DNA of 25,504 nt from assembly GCA_002189035.1 (NCBI GenBank), contig NEEC01000448.1, forward strand, positions 1 through 25,504, given 5' to 3'. The notes beneath the pieces were generated by a model, which searched no databases, was not told the origin of the DNA, and worked only from the letters and a program-made list of their open reading frames with translations. How positions within the stretch are numbered: position 1 is the first letter of the stretch; every line of letters begins with the position of its first letter. Made by a program: the position numbers and the translations under genes. Positions 1-9,538 of the stretch are shown piece after piece. The DNA is from Utricularia gibba. Taxonomy: Eukaryota; Plantae; Magnoliophyta.

Positions 1-275
1 TAAAATAAAAAATATACGCTCGATCCGCATCATATCTTAGAATCGAATGCAAATAGAATCGTTCAAATAAAAAATATACACTCGATGGAATCTTAACCAA
101 GGATCGAATGCTAATTAAAATGATTAAAATAAAAATGCACACTCCATCCAAAGTATAACTAAGGGTCGAATGCTAATAAAATTAAAAACTAAGAAACTTT
201 CACATGTAGTATATGCTTTAATAACTAACGTATTTACATTATTTATATTTTAATAAACATATATCACATGATTAT
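1..275. repeat. Partial right arm of the long inverted repeat
   Basis: Matches 2317-2592; ends CACATGATTAT. Confidence 0.9.
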
Positions 276-542
276 AAAAATATTTTTTTTGTCATTAGAA
301 AGCTCATCACGCCACGCACACCACCCTGGAGAGTTTCAACAGCTGTTATGAACTCACAAACCCCTTGCTCAGCAGATTCAGTAAAATTCTCTAACACTTG
401 GCTTCCAACGGATCATATCCCATATTCATTCATACGAAATTGTGCAAGAATAATGTGACTTTGAGTTTGAACTAGATAGTAGGACGCTGATCGAAGAATG
501 GCCCATCGAGTCTCTAAAATTGGCCGTCCTCGCTCAACAAAT

Positions 543-1401
543 GTGGGGTGCACGTGACATCCCAATTTCAACAAATGCATCATGATTTTCGTCGAGTGGG
601 CCCATGAGCCCGTCCGAACCCGGGGCCCGGCCAAGGGCCCCTCGAGAGCGCCCGCCTCAATACGAGGAGGTGTTCCTTCAAAAACCATATACGCGTCTCG
701 TCACAAACCCAACGTTAATAAATGCATCACTTTTTTGGCGCGCTACTGCTGACTTTGGGCCTGAGTTCGGCACGACCTCCGGCTCGATCAGGGTGCCCCA
801 CCGAGAGCTCCTCCTTAAGTATAAAGTGTGTTGTTGAAAAAAACCGTGTGCGGTTCTCGTGACATCCTAACTTCAACAAATGCATCACGATTTTCGTCGA
901 GTCGGACGGGACCGGGCTCCCGGGCCCGGACGAGGCGCAGCGCGCCGCTCCCCTCCCCCCCAAAACTAGAAGGTGTTCCATGGAAAACCATTTAGGCGGC
1001 TCGTGACAACCCAAAGTTAATAAATGCATCACTTTCTTTGCCGGGCTACAATGACTTTACGCTCGAGCCTGGTACGACGTATGGGAAGATTCGAGTGCCC
1101 CCGAGAGCGTCTCCACAAGTATAAAGCGTGTTGTTGAAAAAACCGTGTTGGGTGCACGTGACATCCTAATTTCAACAAATGTGTCACGATTTTCGCCGAG
1201 TGGGACCAGAGTGGGCTCATCAGCCAGACCGAACCCGGGCCCAAGCCAAGGGCCCTCGAGAGCGCCCCCCCACAAAAACTAGATGGTGTTCCACGAAAAA
1301 AAATTAGGCGGCTCGTGATAACCCAACGCTAAGAAATGCATCCCTTTTTTCGCCGGGCTAAAACTGACTTTGGGCTCATGCCCGGCGCGACCCCCAGCCC
1401 G
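543..1401. repeat. GC-rich block of six ~150-bp monomers arranged as three a/b dimers (~300-bp higher-order repeat)
   Basis: Cores CGTGACATCCxAAxTTCAACAAATG (type a) at 553, 858 and 1157; CGT(C/G)A(C/T)AACCCAAxG(T/C)TAAxAAATGCATC (type b) at 699, 1002 and 1314. Confidence 0.92.
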
Positions 1402-1485
1402 TGTGCATACGCAGCAGCACCACGAGGCCACATGGGCTTGGTTAATGCCCGCGTGCTCGAGCAGCAGCCACAAGGCCATACGGCC
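1398..1485. repeat. Imperfect ~50-bp direct duplication (one per unit)
   Basis: CCCGTGTGCATACGCAGCAGCACCACGAGGCCACATGG (from 1398) versus CCCGCGTGCTCGAGCAGCAGCCACAAGGCCATACGG (from 1448). Confidence 0.75.
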
Positions 1486-1565
1486 GTGGAAAAAAAGAAA
1501 AACAACCATAAAATACAATAAGCCAAAAATAAAAAATAAAATTGATAAACCCTTGGTTCGGTTCG

Positions 1566-1697
1566 GGCCCAATCAAAACCCGTAGGGTTTAACCCGTTCG
1601 GGTTGAACAGAAAGACAACCCCATGGGTCATGCAAACTGTAATACCCAGAATTTCATCGGGTTGGGTCCGAACCTGAATGGATCCAACCCAGGCCCA
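1566..1697 (-). promoter_or_regulatory. Telo-box plus site II motif cluster with three small hairpins (possible promoter-derived fragment; one per unit)
   Basis: AAACCCTA on the minus strand at 1583-1590; TGGGCC on the minus strand at 1566-1571 and 1692-1697. These are short motifs and no function is shown. Confidence 0.25.
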
Positions 1698-1805
1698 TCT
1701 CTAATCATAATCATATGATATAGGTTTATTAAATTATAAATAATTGAAACATTATTTATTAAACCGTAGGATAACTGTGAAAGCTTCTTTGACTTAATTA
1801 TTACC

Positions 1806-2158
1806 ATTTGATCCTCAGTTGTACTTTGGATGGAGTGTGTATTTTTACTTTAGTCAATTTAATTAGCATTCGATCCTTGGTTATGATTCAGATCATATTT
1901 GCTATTTTTTTACTTTAAATATTTTTATTATCATTCGATCCTTAAGTATAATGCGGATCGAGCGGTATTTTTTATTTTATTAGCATTCGAACGTTAGGTA
2001 TGCTGCGGATCGAGCGTATATTTTTCACTCTCATATTTTTATTAGCCTTAGATCCTTAGGTATACTTTGGATCGAGTGCATATTCATTTATTTTAAATCT
2101 TAATTAGCGTTCCACCGTTAGGAGCAATTTAGAACGTGTATACATTACAATGCCATGC
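1806..2158 (+). repeat. ~62-bp tandem modules in the left arm (five full plus one terminal partial; representative copy)
   Basis: Module starts at 1806, 1868, 1933, 1985, 2047 and 2109; approximate consensus ATTCGATCCTTAGGTATAxTxxGGATCGAGxGxATATTTTTxATTTTAATATTTTTATTAGC. Confidence 0.88.
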
Positions 2159-2196
2159 CACACGGGCGTGGTTTACGCACAACCCACGCCCGTGTG
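2159..2196. other. Perfect 13-bp GC-rich stem with 12-nt loop at the centre of the inverted repeat (one per unit)
   Basis: CACACGGGCGTGG (2159-2171), TTTACGCACAAC, CCACGCCCGTGTG (2184-2196); the two stem halves are exact reverse complements. Confidence 0.95.
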
Positions 2197-2199
2197 CCC

Positions 2200-2488
2200 T
2201 TGCAATGTAAACACGCTCCACATTGCTCCTAAGGATCGAGCGTTAACACAAGTTTCAAGTAAACCATCTCCACTCGATCCGAATCATGTCTAAAGACCGA
2301 AAGCCAATAAAAATATTAAAATAAAAAATATACGCTCGATCCGCATCATATCTTAGAATCGAATGCAAATAGAATCGTTCAAATAAAAAATATACACTCG
2401 ATTGGAATCTTAACCAAGGATCGAATGCTAATTAAAATGATTAAAATAAAAATGCACACTCCATCCAAAGTATAACTAAGGGTCGAAT
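2200..2488 (-). repeat. ~62-bp tandem modules in the right arm, inverted (four full plus one terminal partial; representative copy)
   Basis: On the minus strand the modules begin ATTCGACCCTTAG, ATTCGATCCTTGG, ATTCGATTCTAAG, TTTCGGTCTTTAG and TCGATCCTTAGG. Confidence 0.85.
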
Positions 2489-2861
2489 GCTAATAAAATT
2501 AAAAACTAAGAAACTTTCACATGTAGTATATGCTTTAATAACTAACGTATTTACATTATTTATATTTTAATAAACATATATCACATGATTATAAAAATAT
2601 TTTTTTTGTCATTGTAGAAAGCTCATCACGCCACGCACACCACCCTGAGAGGTTTCAACAGCTGTTATGAACTCACAACCCCTTGCTCAGCAGATTCAGT
2701 AAAATTCTCTAACACTTGGGCTTCCAACGGATCATATCCCATATTCATTCATACGAAATTGTGCAAGAATAATGTGACTTTGAGTTTGAACTAGATAGTA
2801 GGACGCTGATCGAAGAATGGCCCATCGAGTCTCTAAAATTGGCCGTCCTCGCTCAACAAAT

Positions 2862-3719
2862 GTGGGGTGCACGTGACATCCCAATTTCAACAAATGCATC
2901 ATGATTTTCGTCGAGTGGGCCCATGAGCCCGTCCCGAACCCGGGGCCCGGCCAAGGGCCCCTCGAGAGCGCCCGCCTCAATACGAGGAGGTGTTCCTTCA
3001 AAAACCATATACGCGTCTCGTCACAACCCAACGTTAATAAATGCATCACTTTTTTTGGCGCGCTACTGCTGACTTTGGGCCTGAGTTCGGCACGACCTCC
3101 GGCTCGATCAGGGTGCCCCACCGAGAGCTCCTCCTTAAGTATAAAGTGTGTTGTTGAAAAAAACCGTGTGCGGTTCTCGTGACATCCTAACTTCAACAAA
3201 TGCATCACGATTTTCGTCGAGTCGGACGGGACCGGGCTCCCGGGCCCGGACGAGGCGCAGCGCCCGCTCCCCTCCCCCCAAAACTAGAAGGTGTTCCATG
3301 GAAAACCATTTAGGCGGCTCGTGACAACCCAAAGTTAATAAATGCATCACTTTCTTTGCCGGGCTACAATGACTTTACGCTCGAGCCTGGTACGACGTAT
3401 GGGAAGATTCGAGTGCCCCCCGAGAGCGTCTCCACAAGTATAAAGCGTGTTGTTGAAAAAACCGTGTTGGGTGCACGTGACATCCTAATTTCAACAAATG
3501 TGTCACGATTTTCGCCGAGTGGGACCAGAGTGGGCTCATCAGCCAGACCGAACCCGGGGCCCAAGCCAAGGCCCCTCGAGAGCGCCCCCCACAAAACTAG
3601 ATGGTGTTCCACGAAAAAAAATTAGGCGGCTCGTGATAACCCAACGCTAAGAAATGCATCCCTTTTTTCGCCGGGCTAAAACTGACTTTGGGCTCATGCC
3701 CGGCGCGACCCCCAGCCCG
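2862..3719. repeat. GC-rich six-monomer block, copy 2
   Basis: Same a/b cores. Confidence 0.9.
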
Positions 3720-4023
3720 TGTGCATACGCAGCAGCACCACGAGGCCACATGGCTTGGTTAATGCCCGCGTGCTCGAGCAGCAGCCACAAGGCCATACGG
3801 CCGTGGAAAAAAAGAAAAACAACCATAAAATACAATAAGCCAAAAATAAAAAATAAAATTGATAAACCCTTGGTTCGGTTCGGGCCCAATCAAAACCCGT
3901 AGGGTTTAACCCGTTCGGGTTGAACAGAAAGACAACCCCATGGGTCATGCAAACTGTAATACCCAGAATTTCATCGGGTTGGGTCCGAACCTGAATGGAT
4001 CCAACCCAGGCCCATCTCTAATC

Positions 4024-4899
4024 ATAATCATATGATATAGGTTTATTAAATTATAAATAATTGAAATACATTATTTATTAAACCGTAGGATAACTGTGAA
4101 AGCTTCTTTGACTTAATTATTACCATTTGATCCTCAGTTGTACTTTGGATGGAGTGTGTATTTTTACTTTAGTCAATTTAATTAGCATTCGATCCTTGGT
4201 TATGATTCAGATCATATTTGCTATTTTTTTACTTTAAATATTTTTATTATCATTCGATCCTTAAGTATAATGCGGATCGAGCGCGTATTTTTTATTAGCA
4301 TTCGAACGTTAGGTATGCTGCGGATCGAGCGTATATTTTTCACTCTCATATTTTTATTAGCCTTAGATCCTTAGGTATACTTTGGATCGAGTGCATATTC
4401 ATTTATTTTAAATCTTAATTAGCGTTCCACCGTTAGGAGCAATTTAGAACGTGTATACATTACAATGCCATGCCCCGGGCGTGGTTTACGCACAACCCAC
4501 GCCCGTGTGCCCTTGCAATGTAAACACGCTCCACATTGCTCCTAAGGATCGAGCGTTAACACAAGTTTCAAGTAAACCATCTCCACTCGATCCGAATCAT
4601 GTCTAAAGACCGAAAGCCAATAAAAATATTAAAATAAAAAATATACGCTCGATCCGCATCATATCTTAGAATCGAATGCAAATAGAATCGTTCAAATAAA
4701 AAATATACACTCGATTGGAAAACAAGGATCGAATGCTAATTAAAATGATTAAAATAAAAATGCACACTCCATCCAAAGTATAACTAAGGTCGAATGCTAA
4801 TAAAATTAAAAACTAAGAAACTTTCACATGTAGTATATGCTTTAATAACTAACGTATTTACATTATTTATATTTTAATAAACATATATCACATGATTAT
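4024..4899. repeat. Long imperfect inverted repeat, copy 2
   Basis: Same boundaries (ATAATCATATG ... CATGATTAT). Confidence 0.9.
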
Positions 4900-6803
4900 A
4901 AAAATATTTTTTTTGTCATTGTAGAAAGCTCATCACGCCACGCACACCACCCTGGAGAGGTTTCAACAGCTGTTATGAACTCACAACCCCTTGCTCAGCA
5001 GATTCAGTAAAATTCTCTAACACTTGGGCTTCCAACGGATCATATCCCATATTCATTCATACGAAATGTGCAAGAATAATGTGACTTTGAGTTTGAACTA
5101 GATAGTAGGACGCTGATCGAAGAATGGCCCATCGAGTCTCTAAAATTGGCCGTCCTCGCTCAACAAATGTGGGGTGCACGTGACATCCCAATTTCAACAA
5201 ATGCATCATGATTTTCGTCGAGTGGGCCCATGAGCCCGTCCGAACCCGGGGCCCGGGCCAAGGGCCCCTCGAGAGCGCCCGCCTCAATACGAGGAGGTGT
5301 TCCTTCAAAAACCATATACGCGTCTCGTCACAACCCAACGTTAATAAATGCATCACTTTTTTTTGGCGCGCTACTGCTGACTTTGGGCCTGAGTTCGCAC
5401 GACCTCCGGCTCGATCAGGGTGCCCCACCGAGAGCTCCTCCTTAAGTATAAAGTGTGTTGTTGAAAAAAACCGTGTGCGGTTCTCGTGACATCCTAACTT
5501 CAACAAATGCATCACGATTTTCGTCGAGTCGGACGGGACCGGGCTCCCGGGGCCCGACGAGGCGCAGCGCCCGCTCCCCTCCCCCCCAAAACTAGAAGGT
5601 GTTCCATGGAAAACCATTTAGGCGGCTCGTGACAACCCAAAGTTAATAAATGCATCACTTTCTTTGCCGGCTACAATGACTTTACGCTCGAGCCTGGTAC
5701 GACGTATGGGAAGATTCGAGTGCCCCCGAGAGCGTCTCCACAAGTATAAAGCGTGTTGTTGAAAAAACCGTGTTGGGTGCACGTGACATCCTAATTTCAA
5801 CAAATGTGTCACGATTTTCGCCGAGTGGGACCAGAGTGGGCTCATCAGCCAGACCGAACCCGGGGCCCAAGCCAAGGGCCCCTCGAGAGCGCCCCCCCAC
5901 AAAACTAGATGGTGTTCCACGAAAAAAAATTAGGCGGCTCGTGATAACCCAACGCTAAGAAATGCATCCCTTTTTTCGCCGGGCTAAAACTGACTTTGGC
6001 TCATGCCCGGCGCGACCCCCAGCCCGTGTGCATACGCAGCAGCACCACGAGGCCATGGGCTTGGTTAATGCCCGCGTGCTCGAGCAGCAGCCACAAGGCC
6101 ATACGGCCGTGGAAAAAAAGAAAAACAACCATAAAATACAATAAGCCAAAAATAAAAAATAAAATTGATAAACCCTTGGTTCGGTTCGGGCCCAATCAAA
6201 ACCCGTAGGGTTTAACCCGTTCGGGTTGAACAGAAAGACAACCCATGGGTCATGCAAACTGTAATACCCAGAATTTCATCGGGTTGGGTCCGAACCTGAA
6301 TGGATCCAACCCAGGCCATCTCTAATCATAATCATATGATATAGGTTATTAAATTATAAATAATTGAAATACATTATTTATTAAACCGTAGGATAACTGT
6401 GAAAGCTTCTTTGACTTAATTATTACCATTTGATCCTCAGTTGTACTTTGGATGGAGTGTGTATTTTTACTTTAGTCAATTTAATTAGCATTCGATCCTT
6501 GGTTATGATTCAGATCATATTTGCTATTTTTTACTTTAAATATTTTTATTATCATTCGATCCTTAAGTATAATGCGGATCGAGCGCGTATTTTTTATTTT
6601 AATATTTTTTATTAGCATTCGAACGTTAGGTATGCTGCGGATCGAGCGTATATTTTTCACTCTCATATTTTTATTAGCCTTAGATCCTTAGGTATACTTT
6701 GGATCGAGTGCATATTCATTTATTTTAAATCTTAATTAGCGTTCCACCGTTAGGAGCAATTTAGAACGTGTATACATTACAATGCCATGCCACACGGGCG
6801 TGG
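4497..6803. mobile_element. Putative foldback/Mutator-like element, full copy 2
   Basis: Same architecture; flanked by spacers 4485-4496 and 6804-6815. Confidence 0.5.
5169..6026. repeat. GC-rich six-monomer block, copy 3
   Basis: Same a/b cores. Confidence 0.9.
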
Positions 6804-7224
6804 TTTACGCACAACCCACGCCCGTGTGCCCTTGCAATGTAAACACGCTCCACATTGCTCCTAAGGATCGAGCGTTAACACAAGTTTCAAGTAAACCATC
6901 TCCACTCGATCCGAATCATGTCTAAAGACCGAAAGCCAATAAAAATATTAAAATAAAAAATATACGCTCGATCCGCATCATATCTTAGAATCGAATGCAA
7001 ATAGAATCGTTCAAATAAAAAATATACACTCGATTGGAATCTTAACCAAGGATCGAATGCTAATTAAAATGATTAAAATAAAAATGCACACTCCATCCAA
7101 AGTATAACTAAGGGTCGAATGCTAATAAAATTAAAAACTAAGAAACTTTCACATGTAGTATATGCTTTAATAACTAACGTATTTACATTATTTATATTTT
7201 AATAAACATATATCACATGATTAT
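6328..7224. repeat. Long imperfect inverted repeat, copy 3
   Basis: Same boundaries. Confidence 0.9.
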
Positions 7225-9118
7225 AAAAATATTTTTTTTTGTCATTGTAGAAAGCTCATCACGCCACGCACACCACCCTGGAGAGGTTTCAACAGCTGTT
7301 ATGAACTCACAACCCCTTGCTCAGCAGATTCAGTAAAATTCTCTAACACTTGGGCTTCCAACGGATCATATCCCATATTCATTCATACGAAATTGTGCAA
7401 GAATAATGTGACTTTGAGTTTGAACTAGATAGTAGGACGCTGATCGAAGAATGGCCCATCGAGTCTCTAAAATTGGCCGTCCTCGCTCAACAAATGTGGG
7501 GTGCACGTGACATCCCAATTTCAACAAATGCATCATGATTTTCGTCGAGGGCCCATGAGCCCGTCCGAACCCGGGGCCCGGGCCAAGGCCCCTCGAGAGC
7601 GCCCGCCTCAATACGAGGAGGTGTTCCTTCAAAAACCATATACGCGTCTCGTCACAACCCAACGTTAATAAATGCATCACTTTTTTGGCGCGCTACTGCT
7701 GACTTTGGGCCTGAGTTCGGCACGACCTCCGGCTCGATCAGGTGCCCCACCGAGAGCTCCTCCTTAAGTATAAAGTGTGTTGTTGAAAAAAACCGTGTGC
7801 GGTTCTCGTGACATCCTAACTTCAACAAATGCATCACGATTTTCGTCGAGTCGGACGGACCGGGCTCCCGGGGCCCGGACGAGGCGCAGCGCCGCTCCCC
7901 TCCCCCCCAAAACTAGAAGGTGTTCCATGGAAAACCATTTAGCGGCTCGTGACAACCCAAAGTTAATAAATGCATCACTTTCTTGCCGGCTACAATGACT
8001 TTACGCTCGAGCCTGGTACGAGTATGGGAAGATTCGAGTCCCCCCCGAGAGCGTCTCCACAAGTATAAAGCGTGTTGTTGAAAAAACCGTGTTGGGTGCA
8101 CGTGACATCCTAATTTCAACAAATGTGTCACGATTTTCGCCGAGTGGGACCAGAGTGGCTCATCAGCCAGACCGAACCCGGGCCCAAGCCAAGGCCCCTC
8201 GAGAGCGCCCCCCACAAAACTAGATGGTGTTCCACGAAAAAAATTAGGCGGTCGTGATAACCCAACGCTAGAAATGCATCCCTTTTTTCGCCGGGCTAAA
8301 ACTGACTTTGGGCTCATGCCCGGCGCGACCCCAGCCCGTGTGCATACGCAGCAGCACCACGAGGCCACATGGGCTTGGTTAATGCCCCGCTGCTCGAGCA
8401 GCAGCCACAAGGCCATACGGCCGTGGAAAAAAAGAAAAACAACCATAAAATACAATAAGCCAAAAATAAAAATAAAATTGATAAACCCTTGGTTCGGTTC
8501 GGGCCCAATCAAAACCCGTAGGGTTTAACCCGTTCGGGTTGAACAGAAAGACAACCCCATGGGTCATGCAAACTGTAATACCCAGAATTTCATCGGTTGG
8601 GTCCGAACCTGAATGGATCCAACCCAGGCCCATCTCTAATCATAATCATATGATATAGGTTTATTAAATTATAAATAATTGAAATACATTATTTATTAAA
8701 CCGTAGGATAACTGTGAAAGCTTCTTTGACTTAATTATTACCATTTGATCCTCAGTTGTACTTTGGATGGAGTGTGTATTTTTACTTTAGTCAATTTAAT
8801 TAGCATTCGATCCTTGGTTATGATTCAGATCATATTTGCTATTTTTTTACTTTAAATATTTTTATTATCATTCGATCCTTAAATTATAATGCGGATCGAG
8901 CGCGTATTTTTTATTTTAATATTTTTATTAGCATTCGAACGTTAGGTATGCTGCGGATCGAGCGTATATTTTCACTCTCATATTTTTATTAGCCTTAGAT
9001 CCTTAGGTATACTTTGGATCGAGTGCATATTCATTTATTTTAAATCTTAATTAGCGTTCCACCGTTAGGAGCAATTTAGAACGTGTATACATTACAATGC
9101 CATGCCACACGGGCGTGG
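6816..9118. mobile_element. Putative foldback/Mutator-like element, full copy 3
   Basis: Same architecture; next spacer 9119-9130. Confidence 0.5.
7496..8338. repeat. GC-rich six-monomer block, copy 4
   Basis: Same a/b cores. Confidence 0.9.
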
Positions 9119-9538
9119 TTTACGCACAACCCACGCCCGTGTGCCCTTGCAATGTAAACACGCTCCACATTGCTCCTAAGGATCGAGCGTTAACACAAGT
9201 TTCAAGTAAACCATCTCCACTCGATCCGAATCATGTCTAAAGACCGAAAGCCAATAAAAATATTAAAATAAAAAATATACGCTCGATCCGCATCATATCT
9301 TAGAATCGAATGCAAATAGAATCGTTCAAATAAAAAATATACACTCGATTGGAATCTTAACCAAGGATCGAATGCTAATTAAAATGATTAAAATAAAAAT
9401 GCACACTCCATCCAAAGTATAACTAAGGGTCGAATGCTAATAAAATTAAAAACTAAGAAACTTTCACATGTAGTATATGCTTTAATAACTAACGTATTTA
9501 CATTATTTATATTTTAATAAACATATATCACATGATAT
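8642..9538. repeat. Long imperfect inverted repeat, copy 4
   Basis: Same boundaries. Confidence 0.9.

Larger units (their letters stand above)
1..2171. mobile_element. Partial copy of putative non-autonomous foldback/Mutator-like element (start lies outside the window)
   Basis: Begins inside one inverted arm (1-275) and ends at CACACGGGCGTGG (2159-2171). No transposase ORF; the element interpretation is inference. Confidence 0.45.
1707..2592. repeat. Long imperfect inverted repeat (~890 bp) centred on 2172-2183
   Basis: The left arm starts ATAATCATATGATATAGGTTTATTAAATTATAAATAA; the reverse complement of the right arm starts ATAATCATGTGATATATGTTTATTAAAATATAAATAA. TACTTTGGATGGAGTGTG and TTTAATTAGCATTCGATCCTTGGTTA are shared exactly, and TTAGGAGCAAT pairs with ATTGCTCCTAA near the centre. 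Confidence 0.93.
2184..4484. mobile_element. Putative non-autonomous foldback/Mutator-like element, full copy 1
   Basis: Starts CCACGCCCGTGTG. Arm 2184-2592 is the imperfect reverse complement of arm 4024-4484, with ~1.43 kb between them. The 12-nt spacer TTTACGCACAAC lies on both sides (2172-2183, 4485-4496). Confidence 0.5.

Noticed and set aside
551-558. GTCACGTG on the minus strand (yeast CDEI) or G-box CACGTG, also at 1155-1162
   Set aside because: It is a short motif with no CDEII-CDEIII context. It occurs in only two of six monomers, so it does not support a centromere or regulatory call.
553-559. LTR termini (CGTGACA resembles the end of some Ty3/gypsy LTRs)
   Set aside because: No matching TG start, primer-binding site, polypurine tract or gag-pol remnant; the motif recurs as the monomer core.
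545-563. 5S rDNA unit (GGGGTGCA...CATCCCA faintly resembles the reverse complement of the 5S 3' end)
   Set aside because: The similarity covers only a few bases; the rest of the 120-nt gene and its internal A, IE and C boxes are absent.
543-1401. CRISPR-like array (conserved ~30-bp cores separated by variable DNA)
   Set aside because: The intervening segments are ~120 bp and homologous to each other rather than unique spacers. The cores are degenerate and there are no cas genes.
1547-1604. Telomeric repeat array
   Set aside because: There are only isolated AAACCCT or TAGGGTTT heptamers, not tandem TTTAGGG.
1700-1730. RNA polymerase I transcription initiation site of an rDNA spacer
   Set aside because: GATATAGGTTT does not match the plant TATATA(A)GGGG consensus, and no 18S, 5.8S or 25S sequence is present.
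2159-2196. Rolling-circle origin of a CRESS-DNA virus or geminivirus satellite (GC stem-loop, A-rich region, concatemer)
   Set aside because: The loop TTTACGCACAAC lacks the TAATATTAC or TAGTATTAC nonanucleotide on either strand, and there is no Rep or capsid ORF.
2159-2215. Helitron 3' terminal hairpin
   Set aside because: No CTRR terminus follows the stem on either strand, and the hairpin is the centre of a much longer inverted repeat.
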